Sequence record: SRR20825006_960
DNA: 64,000 nt
Direction: 5' to 3' (one strand)
In this document: piece after piece, positions 29,465-39,746 of the stretch
Position numbering within the stretch: the stretch's first letter is position 1
How the letters are laid out: every line of letters begins with the position of its first letter
Notes under the pieces: model-generated
The model's input: the letters and a program-made list of their open reading frames with translations, nothing else
Told to the model about the DNA's origin: nothing
Database searches by the model: none
Made by a program: the position numbers and the translations under genes

Positions 29465-29494
29465 ATTACAGATGAAATAATTACAGATGAAATT
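29465..29494. repeat. Two tandem copies of a 15-nt unit
   Basis: attacagatgaaata attacagatgaaatt. Confidence 0.8.
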
Positions 29495-29535
29495 AAAATC
29501 ACGTGTCTAACGTATTCGCGATCATTTTATTTCAT

Positions 29536-29572
29536 AAAAAAAGAGACTGCCAAATTAACGACAGTCTCTTTT
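29536..29572 (-). terminator. dnaK terminator
   Basis: aaaagagactgcc...gacagtctctttt inverted repeat with a U run on the minus strand. Confidence 0.85.
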
Positions 29573-29594
29573 GAGATTCTATTATGTGAGAAAC

Positions 29595-31496
29595 TTACTT
29601 CTCTTTTACCTCTTCGAAGTCAACATCCGTAACCTCATCTTCAGCATTCGCCGAATCGTCAGTTGCGTTTGCAGATTGGTCTCCACCTTCAGTGTTTGCA
29701 GCATTGTACATTTCCTGAGATGCATCTTGGAATACTTGATTTAATTTTTCCATTGCTGGCTCAAGGTTTTCCATGTTCTTCGCTTCGAACTGAGTTTTCA
29801 ATTCATTCAAAGCATCTTCGATTGGTTGTTTCTTCTCTGCTGGAATCTTATCTCCGTATTCCTTTAACTGACGTTCAGTTTGGAAGATCAAAGAATCTGC
29901 TTTGTTTATCGTTTCCACTTCTTCTCTTCTCTTAGCATCTGCATCAGCATTTGCTTCAGCCTCAGCTTTCATACGAGTGATTTCTTCATCAGAAAGACCT
30001 GAACTTGATTCAATCTTAATAGACTGCTCTTTTCCAGTTCCTTTATCTTTTGCAGAAATATTCATAATTCCGTTTGCATCAATATCGAATGTTACTTCAA
30101 TTTGAGGAACTCCTCTTTGCGCTGGTGGAATATCTGTCAATTGGAAACGTCCCAATGCTTTGTTATCTGCAGCCATTGCGCGTTCTCCTTGAAGTACGTG
30201 AATATCTACAGAAGGTTGGCTATCAGAAGCTGTTGAGAACACTTCAGATTTTTTCGTTGGAATAGTTGTGTTTGCATCGATTAACTTCGTGAAAACACCA
30301 CCCATTGTTTCGATTCCTAATGAAAGTGGAATAACGTCTAACAACAATACATCTTTTACCTCACCTGTTAAAACTCCTCCTTGAATAGCTGCACCAACTG
30401 CAACAACCTCATCTGGATTCACCCCTTTTGAAGGCTCTTTTCCAAAGAAATTTTTCACTGCATCTTGAATAATAGGAATTCTTGTTGAACCTCCTACCAA
30501 GATGATTTCGTCAATATCGCTTGTTGAAAGTCCAGCATTTTTCATTGCTGAGCGACAAGGTGCGATTGTACGTTCAACGATGCTTGAAATCAATTGCTCA
30601 AATTTCGATCGTTGTAATGTTCTTACCAAGTGTTTAGGAACGCCATCTACTGGCATGATGTATGGCAAGTTGATTTCCGAAGAAGTTGTTGAAGAAAGTT
30701 CAATTTTTGCTTTCTCTGCTGCTTCTTTCAAACGTTGAAGAGCCATTGGATCTTTTCTTAAATCCAAACCTTCATCTTTTTTAAATTCTTCTGCCAACCA
30801 CGCGATGATTGCCTCATCTACGTCATCTCCTCCAAGGTGAGTATCTCCGTCTGTAGAAAGAACTTCAAAAACGCCATCTCCTAATTCAAGGATAGAAACG
30901 TCATGTGTACCTCCACCAAAGTCAAATACTACTATTTTCTGATCAATTCCTTTTTTATCTAATCCGTAAGCCAAAGCTGCTGCTGTAGGCTCGTTGATAA
31001 TTCTTTTGATTGTCAATCCAGCGATCTCACCAGCTTCCTTAGTAGCTTGACGTTGAGAATCGTTGAAATATGCAGGAACAGTTACTACTGCTTCCGACAC
31101 TTCATGACCTAAATAATCCTCTGCAGTTTTCTTCATTTTCTGAAGAATGATCGCAGAAATCTCTTGAGGAGAATATTTTCTGTCATCAATAACTACACGA
31201 GGAGTATTATTATCTCCTTTCACTACGCTGTAAGGTACTCTTCCAGCTTCCTCTTTCATGTCATCATAAGAAGACCCCATGAAACGTTTGATAGAGTAAA
31301 TTGTTTTTGTTGGGTTCGTGATCGCTTGACGCTTTGCAGGATCTCCCACTTTTCTTTCTCCTCCTTCAACAAATGCTACTACCGAAGGTGTGGTTCTTTT
31401 TCCTTCTGAGTTCGCGATTACTACTGGCTCATTTCCTTCCATTACAGAAACACACGAGTTCGTAGTTCCTAAGTCGATTCCAATTATTTTTCCCAT
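29595..31496 (-). CDS. dnaK: Chaperone DnaK
   Basis: [26 protein letters not shown] and [15 protein letters not shown] motifs. Confidence 0.99.
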   Translation of the reverse strand: MGKIIGIDLGTTNSCVSVMEGNEPVVIANSEGKRTTPSVVAFVEGGERKVGDPAKRQAITNPTKTIYSIKRFMGSSYDDMKEEAGRVPYSVVKGDNNTPRVVIDDRKYSPQEISAIILQKMKKTAEDYLGHEVSEAVVTVPAYFNDSQRQATKEAGEIAGLTIKRIINEPTAAALAYGLDKKGIDQKIVVFDFGGGTHDVSILELGDGVFEVLSTDGDTHLGGDDVDEAIIAWLAEEFKKDEGLDLRKDPMALQRLKEAAEKAKIELSSTTSSEINLPYIMPVDGVPKHLVRTLQRSKFEQLISSIVERTIAPCRSAMKNAGLSTSDIDEIILVGGSTRIPIIQDAVKNFFGKEPSKGVNPDEVVAVGAAIQGGVLTGEVKDVLLLDVIPLSLGIETMGGVFTKLIDANTTIPTKKSEVFSTASDSQPSVDIHVLQGERAMAADNKALGRFQLTDIPPAQRGVPQIEVTFDIDANGIMNISAKDKGTGKEQSIKIESSSGLSDEEITRMKAEAEANADADAKRREEVETINKADSLIFQTERQLKEYGDKIPAEKKQPIEDALNELKTQFEAKNMENLEPAMEKLNQVFQDASQEMYNAANTEGGDQSANATDDSANAEDEVTDVDFEEVKEK

Positions 31497-31538
31497 GTCT
31501 TTAATATTCTATTTCAATTTAAAACCGTCAACAGGTAG

Positions 31539-31645
31539 TCAATGATTATGCCATGCGGGTTTTCCTGACATTTTTGGCAATGTCTCCTGCCGTTGTCTAA
31601 AAAATAATGTCGATTTGTCAGATTTTTTGTCACATCGCACTGTCA
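31539..31645 (-). promoter_or_regulatory. Sigma54-like box and TGACA/TGTCA array upstream of dnaK
   Basis: Minus strand TGGCATAATCATTGA (31539-31553); nine TGNC(A)-type motifs between 31566 and 31645. Confidence 0.55.
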
Positions 31646-31661
31646 TACAGGCTTAGATCTC

Positions 31662-32633
31662 CTAATCCAGTGCCTTGTGCGAATTGTTACTCATTTCAAG
31701 CAATTGCTCATATTGCTCCGAAGTAAGATCGTTGTGGAAATAACCGATTGGATTCACCTTCTCTCCATTTTTCTCCACTTCATAGTGCAAATGCGCTCCA
31801 GTTGAACGTCCTGTAGAACCAACCAAACCAATGAGCTGTCCTCTTTTAACTTTCTGACCTTGTTTTATCTTGAATGCACTCAGGTGAGCGTATCGCGTAC
31901 GATAGCCATAACCGTGATCAATTACGATGCATTTACCGTATCCCCATGCTTGAGACTCAACCTCAATAACAACACCATCTCCTGTAGCATAAACTTCTGT
32001 CCCTTGATCTGAGGTAAAATCAAGTCCTGAATGCATTTGCTGCGTATGGAAAATAGGATCAATTCTCCAGCCAAAACCACCTATCGCTCTTTTCAAATCT
32101 GAGTTGCGCACAGGTTGGATAGACGGAATGCACATGATCATTTTCTCTTTGTTCTTTACAAGGTCTAATAATTCGAGAAAGGAAATGCTTTGAGCATTCA
32201 TTCGTCGTTCTAACTTATCCATCTCCGTAGAAGTCGACTTGATAAGTTGTTCATTAGTTAAACCTTTCAAATATTCATACTTATCGCTTCCGCCCGCTCC
32301 CATTTGTCTCAACTCAGCAGGAAACTCATCGGCGAAAAGTGCAGCTCGATACAAGTCTTCGTCTCTTCCTTGTAATACATCCAAAACTTCATTGCTCAAT
32401 TTAATTCCTTCTTGAAGTCTTTCTAGTTCTACAGCATTTCTTTCCAACTCTGCCTTTAGCCTTTTCTCGCTAGGAGAGTTTAATTGACGTGAAAAAAGTA
32501 AGGATAATACCAATCCAACCAGCAAACTTGGAGCAACCCAAAGTACAGCTTTGAGGATTCTTCGCCCAAGTGAAGGATTCACCTCTTCGTAGGCAAGTGT
32601 TTCCGGATTATATCTATAATGTTGCTTTGGCAT
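31662..32633 (-). CDS. M23 family metallopeptidase
   Basis: HSGLD, YAHL and HLHYE motifs; N-terminal TM and coiled coil. Confidence 0.93.
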   Translation of the reverse strand: MPKQHYRYNPETLAYEEVNPSLGRRILKAVLWVAPSLLVGLVLSLLFSRQLNSPSEKRLKAELERNAVELERLQEGIKLSNEVLDVLQGRDEDLYRAALFADEFPAELRQMGAGGSDKYEYLKGLTNEQLIKSTSTEMDKLERRMNAQSISFLELLDLVKNKEKMIMCIPSIQPVRNSDLKRAIGGFGWRIDPIFHTQQMHSGLDFTSDQGTEVYATGDGVVIEVESQAWGYGKCIVIDHGYGYRTRYAHLSAFKIKQGQKVKRGQLIGLVGSTGRSTGAHLHYEVEKNGEKVNPIGYFHNDLTSEQYEQLLEMSNNSHKALD

Positions 32634-32754
32634 TCTGGCAAAAGTACAAAGAAACTGTTTTTTGAGTTGTTAATTTTTACCAACTAATCGTTTACTGTAG
32701 TTCTGCATGTCTTTAATGGCTTTTGAATAGTGATAAAGTTTCCTTCCATGATAT

Positions 32755-32820
32755 TTCGACTTTACTTCAATAAGCTCAACACAGCCGTCAATGTTTAGTT
32801 GAATGGTCGATCTTGTTGAA
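32755..32820. repeat. Degenerate REP-like inverted repeat
   Basis: ttcaataagctcaac (32766-32780) matches the reverse complement of gtcgatcttgttgaa (32806-32820) at 12/15. Confidence 0.45.
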
Positions 32821-32891
32821 TGTTCTAGCTTTATCTCGTTGTTAGAATCAAAAATCCACTAAATTTGTGCTCTATTAATTTACTATAGCGC

Positions 32892-35504
32892 ATGACAATT
32901 TCTGAGATTAGAACGGAATTTTTCAAGTATTTTGAATCAAAAGGACACGAAATCGTCCCTAGTGCACCAATGGTGGTGAAAGATGATCCCACCTTGATGT
33001 TCGTAAATGCTGGAATGAATCAATTTAAAGATTACTTCTTAGGGAATGCCGTTCCTAAAAATCGTCGTGTCGCGAATTCTCAAAAATGCCTTCGAGTTTC
33101 TGGAAAGCATAACGATTTGGAAGAAGTTGGTGTTGATACTTATCACCACACGATGTTCGAAATGCTCGGAAACTGGTCTTTTGGAGATTATTTCAAAGAA
33201 GAAGCGATCGAATGGGCGTGGGATTTATTGACGAACGTTTACAAAATTCCCAAAGACCGCTTGTACGTTACCGTTTTTGAAGGAGATGCTTCAGACAATG
33301 TTCCTAAAGACGATGAAAGCATTACCATTTGGAAAAAATACATTGATGCTGATCGAATAATTCTTGCATCAAAAAAGGATAATTTCTGGGAAATGGGAGA
33401 CATGGGACCTTGTGGCCCTTGTACGGAAATTCACGTGGATTTAAGAAATGAAGATGAGCGTTTGAAAGTAGACGGGAGATCGTTGGTAAATTACGACGAT
33501 CCTCAAGTTATTGAAATCTGGAACAATGTATTCATGCAATTCAACCGAAAAGCAGATGGATCGTTGGAACCACTTCCTTCAACGCATGTTGATACCGGAA
33601 TGGGGTTAGAAAGATTGGCAATGGCGCTTCAATCAAAGCAATCAAATTATGATACTGATCTCTTCCAAACGCTGATCCAGCACATGGAAAAAGTGTCAGG
33701 TAAAAAATATGGGGTTACCGAGGAAACGGATATCGCGTTACGCGTAATCGCCGATCACGTGCGTGCAATTGCTTTTTCAATTTCCGATGGACAACTGCCT
33801 TCTAACACAGGTGCAGGGTATGTGATTCGCAGAATTTTGAGAAGAGCTGTTCGCTACGGATATCAAGTATTGGATTTAAAAGAATCTTTCCTTGCGGATT
33901 TGTCTACTGTTTTAGTAGATGTGATGGGAAATCCATTTGTCGAGCTAAAGCAACAGCAGTCACTCGTTCATAAAGTAATCAAGGAAGAGGAAAATAGCTT
34001 TTTCAGAACCTTGGAACAAGGGTTGAAAAGAATGGACTTGGTAATGGAAAAAACAAAGTCTGAGCAACAAGAAATCATTGATGGAAAAGTTGTTTTTGAA
34101 TTGTATGACACTTTCGGATTTCCAATTGACCTTACGTCATTGATTGCTAGAGAAAATGGACTTTCTATTGACGAAAAAGGCTTTGAAAGTGAGTTACAAC
34201 AACAAAAAGATCGTTCAAGAGCTGCAACAGCTATCGAAACGGATGATTGGGTTGAGTTAAGACAAGACAACGTTGAAGAATTTGTGGGGTACGATATTTT
34301 CTCCATCGGAGTGAAAATTGTGAAATACCGCAAGGTAACTCAGAAACAAAAAACCTTTTATCAAGTTGTATTTAACTTAACGCCGTTCTATCCAGAAGGA
34401 GGAGGACAAGTTGGAGATACTGGACACATTGAAAACAACGGTGAAAAAGCATTTATTTTCGATACAAAAAAGGAGAACAATTTGATCATTCATTTGATGA
34501 ACGAATTGCCTTCCGATTTAACGGCAGATTTCCAGGCGCACGTGAACATTGAAAAACGATTGGCAACAGCGAACAATCACTCTGCTACTCACCTACTTCA
34601 CCATGCATTGAGAACTGTGCTCGGCGAACATGTTGAACAAAAAGGATCGTTAGTTAATTCGACTTATTTGCGTTTCGACTTCTCTCACTTCTCGAAAGTA
34701 ACCGACGAAGAGTTGGCGAAAATTCAAGAGCTGGTTTCTGCAGCAATTCGATCCAACGAAGAACTCGAAGAAAAAAGAAATACTCCAATGGAAATTGCCC
34801 GAGAAATGGGTGCAATGGCATTATTTGGAGAGAAATATGGCGATACTGTTCGTGTAATTAAATTCGGTGATTCTGTTGAATTATGCGGAGGAACGCACGT
34901 TCGATCTACTGGTGAAATCGGTTTATTCAAAATAACCATGGAAACGGCAGTTGCAGCTGGAGTGAGACGTATAGAAGCGATCACTTCGCAAACTGCGGAA
35001 TCTTATTATGCGGAGAAAGCGGATAAATTGGACGAAGTGGCAAGTCTTTTGAAAAATCCGAAGGATTTATCGAAAGCTGTGAATGATTTGTTGACGAAGA
35101 ATTCTGAACTAACAAAAGAGATTGAGCGATTCCAAAGAGAGAAAGCCAAGTTAGTAAAGACTCAGCTTCAAAGTTCGATTGAGAGCATCAACGGCGTGCA
35201 GTTTCTAGGAACAATTGTTGAATTAGACGGAGGTTCAATTAAGGATATCTTGTTCCAGTTAAAATCGGAAAACGAGAATTTTGTTGGAGCGATTGGAGGA
35301 AAAGAGGGCGACAAATGTACATTGAGTGTCATTGTTTCTGATAATCTGGTTGCCGAAAAAGAGTTACACGCAGGAAACATTATTCGTGAAGTTGCTAAGC
35401 TCATCCAAGGCGGCGGAGGTGGTCAACCATTCTTTGCGACGGCTGGAGGTAAAAACGCTAACGGATTGACAGAAGCAATTGCAACTGTAAAGGGAAAATT
35501 GTAG
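32892..35504 (+). CDS. alaS: Alanine--tRNA ligase
   Basis: NAGMNQFK, DTGMGLERL, NHSATHLL, ELCGGTH and DHHA1 GGGGG motifs. Confidence 0.99.
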   Translation: MTISEIRTEFFKYFESKGHEIVPSAPMVVKDDPTLMFVNAGMNQFKDYFLGNAVPKNRRVANSQKCLRVSGKHNDLEEVGVDTYHHTMFEMLGNWSFGDYFKEEAIEWAWDLLTNVYKIPKDRLYVTVFEGDASDNVPKDDESITIWKKYIDADRIILASKKDNFWEMGDMGPCGPCTEIHVDLRNEDERLKVDGRSLVNYDDPQVIEIWNNVFMQFNRKADGSLEPLPSTHVDTGMGLERLAMALQSKQSNYDTDLFQTLIQHMEKVSGKKYGVTEETDIALRVIADHVRAIAFSISDGQLPSNTGAGYVIRRILRRAVRYGYQVLDLKESFLADLSTVLVDVMGNPFVELKQQQSLVHKVIKEEENSFFRTLEQGLKRMDLVMEKTKSEQQEIIDGKVVFELYDTFGFPIDLTSLIARENGLSIDEKGFESELQQQKDRSRAATAIETDDWVELRQDNVEEFVGYDIFSIGVKIVKYRKVTQKQKTFYQVVFNLTPFYPEGGGQVGDTGHIENNGEKAFIFDTKKENNLIIHLMNELPSDLTADFQAHVNIEKRLATANNHSATHLLHHALRTVLGEHVEQKGSLVNSTYLRFDFSHFSKVTDEELAKIQELVSAAIRSNEELEEKRNTPMEIAREMGAMALFGEKYGDTVRVIKFGDSVELCGGTHVRSTGEIGLFKITMETAVAAGVRRIEAITSQTAESYYAEKADKLDEVASLLKNPKDLSKAVNDLLTKNSELTKEIERFQREKAKLVKTQLQSSIESINGVQFLGTIVELDGGSIKDILFQLKSENENFVGAIGGKEGDKCTLSVIVSDNLVAEKELHAGNIIREVAKLIQGGGGGQPFFATAGGKNANGLTEAIATVKGKL

Positions 35505-37010
35505 TTAACCAATCAACTTTTTCTTAACGAAAGACAATCCTTTCTTCAAGTAATCTGAAGAGTTCGGCTCAAGATTGAATCGGTAAATTGGGAACAAAAA
35601 CACGACGGCAAAGATTCCAGAATCGATGCACATTTGAATCCATTTATTGGGTGATAAACTTCCGCAAAGCTCTCCCAAGGTAATTGTAACTAAGCCAATT
35701 CCGATTAAAACGAATTGATTCTTCTCAAATGGGTGAATTTTAAACGTAACCCATACGAATATCAACCTTCCAAGGTTATACACGATTTGTGCAATGGATG
35801 TTGAAATTGCCGCACCCGCAATTCCGTAGCGTGGTATCAGGAAAAGGTTTAATCCATATACCGCTCCGATCAAGAAAATCGTAAAATAGATATCGTACTT
35901 GTATTTCTTCGAAGTCGAAAAAATGGATCCGTTTAATCCAAAATACATGTCCACCATTCGTCCAATCATTAAGAAGAAAAAGACCCAGATTCCCGCTTGA
36001 AAGGCGAGCCACGATTCTTCCCGAATGAAGGAAAAGATGAAATCAATGTTCATCCAAACAATTAAAAAAGAACTCAAAGCGATAAAAAGGGACACCGAAC
36101 TTACTTGCTTGTAGAGTTCCTCCATTTTCTTCATTTGTCTATGCTTCCAATATTCCGCGACCATTGGTGAGCTTACACGAATAATGGAACGATAGGGAAC
36201 GAGTAATGCGCTAGTAATAAAAATGACTGTTCCATACACTCCCGTTTCCTCTAATCCAATCATTTGAGCGACCATAAGAACATCCAACGTGCCCACAAGA
36301 ACAACTCCTAGTGTATTGATGTAATTAATGACCGAAAACTGAAGCATGATCTTTCTAAATCGCTTAGAAATTTTAATCGACGAAATGGAAAGGTTTAATT
36401 CACCTAACATCGCAAGGTAAACGATTAGAATAAGTGTGGGCAGAAGGTAAAGTAAACTATGAGCGATGACAAAAAAATTGAAATCAACTGTTTCTGCCCA
36501 AAGTAAGATGAGCAATATTGTTGTAGCGAGCCTCAAACAGACATCCAACGCGAAAACGGAGACCACGTTTTTAAACATCGCACGCAAATACACTTCCAAA
36601 AGAAGATAGATGACATACGAAATTCCAATTGGGAAAATCCACCAATAATACTCTACGAACAACGCTGATTTCTCTATGTAAATTGACTCTACCTCTCCGC
36701 GAAAAATAACCGCGAGTCCCGACACCACAACTATTCCTGCGAAGATTATGAGAAGAATGAACGGTAAAAATCCATGATGTTTTTTCTCAGCATCATTGAA
36801 AAAGGGAAAAAACTTCCAAACCGTGTAAACAGAACCAAAATTCGCCAATTGAGCAAAAAGGAGTCCAGCTGCAACCAGAATTTGAATCAGTCCAATTTCT
36901 TCCGTTGAAAGTATCAGTAAAAAGAGTACGCCTTTGTTGAGGTAGCCCAAAACCATCCCAATATAGGAGATCAGCATTGTACGAAAACCATCTTTTTGAA
37001 CGATACCCAT
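35505..37010 (-). CDS. Wzx-like polysaccharide flippase
   Basis: About 14 TM segments; C-terminal LNLFLIPRYGIAGAAIST. Confidence 0.85.
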   Translation of the reverse strand: MGIVQKDGFRTMLISYIGMVLGYLNKGVLFLLILSTEEIGLIQILVAAGLLFAQLANFGSVYTVWKFFPFFNDAEKKHHGFLPFILLIIFAGIVVVSGLAVIFRGEVESIYIEKSALFVEYYWWIFPIGISYVIYLLLEVYLRAMFKNVVSVFALDVCLRLATTILLILLWAETVDFNFFVIAHSLLYLLPTLILIVYLAMLGELNLSISSIKISKRFRKIMLQFSVINYINTLGVVLVGTLDVLMVAQMIGLEETGVYGTVIFITSALLVPYRSIIRVSSPMVAEYWKHRQMKKMEELYKQVSSVSLFIALSSFLIVWMNIDFIFSFIREESWLAFQAGIWVFFFLMIGRMVDMYFGLNGSIFSTSKKYKYDIYFTIFLIGAVYGLNLFLIPRYGIAGAAISTSIAQIVYNLGRLIFVWVTFKIHPFEKNQFVLIGIGLVTITLGELCGSLSPNKWIQMCIDSGIFAVVFLFPIYRFNLEPNSSDYLKKGLSFVKKKLIG

Positions 37011-37116
37011 AAACGGCTCAAAGATACATGAACCATCGTTAACTATGAATCATATTGAAGTTATATTCTTAATTTTAGCTTTGGTAACAACATTTTCAAA
37101 CACCAAAACATTTCGA

Positions 37117-38034
37117 GTGATCATTTCTGCAGTTATAAGTACGTACAATAGGGAGCGATACTTGCCGCAAGTTCTTGAGAGCTTGGCAAAGCAAACTTTT
37201 CCAAAAACGGATTTTGAAATTATCATTGTAAACAACAATTCTACCGACCGCACCGAGGAAATCTCGTTAGACTTTATTGCAAACCATCCTGATTTTACTT
37301 GCAGCTATGTCGTTGAGACCCAGCAAGGACTTTCTTACGGGCGAAATAGAGGAATTTCAGAAAGTAAGGGCAAGTACATTACGTTTATCGATGACGACGC
37401 GTTTTTGGCGAACGACTATCTTCAAAAAGTGGTTGACACGTTTATTGCTTTTCCCGATGCCGTTGCCGTTGGAAGTAAAATACTTCTTCATTACGAAGAG
37501 ACCGTTCCCGCATGGGAAAATAAATACTTGAATTCCTTACTTGGTTGGTTTGACCCAGGAGACGAACCGTTTGATTTTACGTCAAAAAATTATCCGCGAG
37601 GCTCAAACATGTCATTCACGGCAGAAGTATTTGAAAAAATTGGGCATTTCAATACAAATCTTGGTCGCGTAGGGAGAAATCTGGCAGGAAGCGAGGAGAA
37701 GGATATTTTTCAACGCATTTACGCTAAAAAATATCAGGTGAAATACATTCCAGATGCACTTGTTTATCATTGTGTACCACTAGAACGCACTACAACCGCT
37801 TTCATTAGAAGACAAGGAATTGGAACAGGACATAGTGAAAAACTCCGTGTAAAATCCGAAGGGAATGTTCAATTCCTTAAACGCATCGGAATTGAGCTTT
37901 TTAAATGGATGGCATCTGTCGTTCTATTTTTCACTTATTTAGTCCAAGGTAAATTTGCCAAAGGATGGATGATTCTTCGTTTTAGGTTTTGGGTCAGCAA
38001 GGGACTTCTCGCAAAATCAACAAGTAGCGCTTAA
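37117..38034 (+). CDS. GT2 glycosyltransferase
   Basis: ISTYNR, NNNSTD, FIDDD and GSNM motifs. GTG start preferred because TAGCTTTG (37076-37083) lies in the extension. Confidence 0.9.
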   Translation: MIISAVISTYNRERYLPQVLESLAKQTFPKTDFEIIIVNNNSTDRTEEISLDFIANHPDFTCSYVVETQQGLSYGRNRGISESKGKYITFIDDDAFLANDYLQKVVDTFIAFPDAVAVGSKILLHYEETVPAWENKYLNSLLGWFDPGDEPFDFTSKNYPRGSNMSFTAEVFEKIGHFNTNLGRVGRNLAGSEEKDIFQRIYAKKYQVKYIPDALVYHCVPLERTTTAFIRRQGIGTGHSEKLRVKSEGNVQFLKRIGIELFKWMASVVLFFTYLVQGKFAKGWMILRFRFWVSKGLLAKSTSSA

Positions 38035-38307
38035 CCTTCTTAGAAGTATTGCTATCTTTAGCAAAATTTTAAAAAACGAACAATTTTGATCGATTTTCCT
38101 TTCTCCTTTGATCGCTCATATTATTCAATTTTTAAATAAAGATTAAAAACAACATTAAATCGTGCTAAACGGGTTGAAAAAATATTGACGCAAATTCGAA
38201 ATTTTAATCTCACCCATTCGTTTTACTCGTTATCAACACAATTTTAAAATTGAATTGATCCATCGTTTAAAACAAAACATGCAGTAAGAAAAACTACAAA
38301 TTAAAGA

Positions 38308-38925
38308 ATGATAAACAAAAAATACTGGGACAATTTTTATAAATTAAATCTTGCTCCAAAGGTTGAAAGTAATTTTGCTCGTTTCGTAAATGACTACATT
38401 ACCTCTCAACAACTAGACTCTCCAAAATTAATTGATGTTGCCTGCGGAAATGGACGCGACACTTTCTTTTTTCAAAAAAATGGTATCGAATCTGCAGGAG
38501 TGGATATCTCGGTTAAACCGAATACGGAATCACCCGTTTTTATTAAAGAAAATATCCTTGATTTCGATTATTCTCCATACGACGTGATTTACCTTCGTTT
38601 TATCGTTCACGCTTTAAAAGAGGAAGAACTCGAAAAACTTATAGCACAGATTAAACTTTCAGGAAAAGATCAACTGATCTTTATTGAAACCCGATCATCG
38701 AAAAAAATTACGGATGAGGCAAAATCAGAAACGTACTTCAAATCTCCAATCGGAGATAAGCACTTCAGAATGCTCTATTCCGAAGAATATTTAACAGACA
38801 AACTGAAGAAGCATTTTACCGTTGAATTAGTAGATGAGGATCATGGGTTCTCCATTTACAAAGGTGCGGATCCGGTTTGTATTCGTTACATTTTAAAAAA
38901 TGAATTCAACAAAGCCGAACATTAA
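38308..38925 (+). CDS. Class I SAM-dependent methyltransferase
   Basis: IDVACGNGRD, GVDIS and YLRFIVHAL motifs. Confidence 0.85.
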   Translation: MINKKYWDNFYKLNLAPKVESNFARFVNDYITSQQLDSPKLIDVACGNGRDTFFFQKNGIESAGVDISVKPNTESPVFIKENILDFDYSPYDVIYLRFIVHALKEEELEKLIAQIKLSGKDQLIFIETRSSKKITDEAKSETYFKSPIGDKHFRMLYSEEYLTDKLKKHFTVELVDEDHGFSIYKGADPVCIRYILKNEFNKAEH

Positions 38926-39721
38926 TTCCACAGAGGATTTTACAGTCTACAACGGGGAGGGCACTATTTTACGTAGAGCTCAACTTACGATGCTAGACAT
39001 TTTGGTAGTGGTGGATGAAATTTGCAAAAAACACGAAATTCCTTATTGGTTAGACTATGGAACGCTGCTCGGCGCAGTTAGACATGGTGGATTCATTCCT
39101 TGGGATGACGATTTAGACATCTCGGTTCTTCACAAAGATTTTCTGAAGTTGAATGAAATTTTCAATCGAGAACTTCCAGAAAAATTAGCTTACCAAGATT
39201 GGAAGAATGAAAAGAAATTAACACTGAAATGCGCTAAAATAAGAGACAAAAATTCATTTTTTGATGACGGTTTAGCAGAAAAAGGAGGCGCGAAATATCA
39301 AGGAATCTACGTCGACATCTTTCCTTTAAAACCCATTGCATCCACTTGGCTGAAAAAGAAAGTTGATTTCTTGTATGGACGTTGCTTCCGAAGACTTAAA
39401 GGAGTAAAAACGGGATCATCAGACACTTTTTTCGCATACCTTCTATGGCCAGTTGCACTTTTCGGGGCATTTGTAAGCAACAGTTTAGGCAAACTAAAAC
39501 CTCTCAACGTTGTCGCGAACATTTTTGGAGGATTGAATTTTCAACTCTTTCACCCTACTGAGGATATTTTTCCATTAAAGGAGATTGAATTTGAAGGAAA
39601 ATTATTCCCTGTTCCGAACAATTCCGACGCGTATCTCACACGGATTTACAATAACTACATGCAGATTCCTCCAAAGGATAAACGACAAATTCACGCCAAT
39701 GGAATTGAATTTTTCGATTAA
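38900..39721 (+). CDS. licD: LicD-family phosphotransferase
   Basis: GTLLGAVRHGGFIPWDDDLD, YVDIFP and YLTRIY motifs. Confidence 0.9.
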   Translation: MNSTKPNINSTEDFTVYNGEGTILRRAQLTMLDILVVVDEICKKHEIPYWLDYGTLLGAVRHGGFIPWDDDLDISVLHKDFLKLNEIFNRELPEKLAYQDWKNEKKLTLKCAKIRDKNSFFDDGLAEKGGAKYQGIYVDIFPLKPIASTWLKKKVDFLYGRCFRRLKGVKTGSSDTFFAYLLWPVALFGAFVSNSLGKLKPLNVVANIFGGLNFQLFHPTEDIFPLKEIEFEGKLFPVPNNSDAYLTRIYNNYMQIPPKDKRQIHANGIEFFD

Positions 39722-39746
39722 ATTGCGAAGAATAAATTGATTTAAA

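Noticed and set aside
31497-31661. CIRCE/HrcA operator at dnaK, also sought at grpE
   Set aside because: No TTAGCACTC-N9-GAGTGCTAA match was seen.
35502-35507. alaS and the flippase converge with zero gap and no terminator
   Set aside because: Tight convergent ends recur in this window (13681/13686, 24127/24130) and reflect genome compaction.
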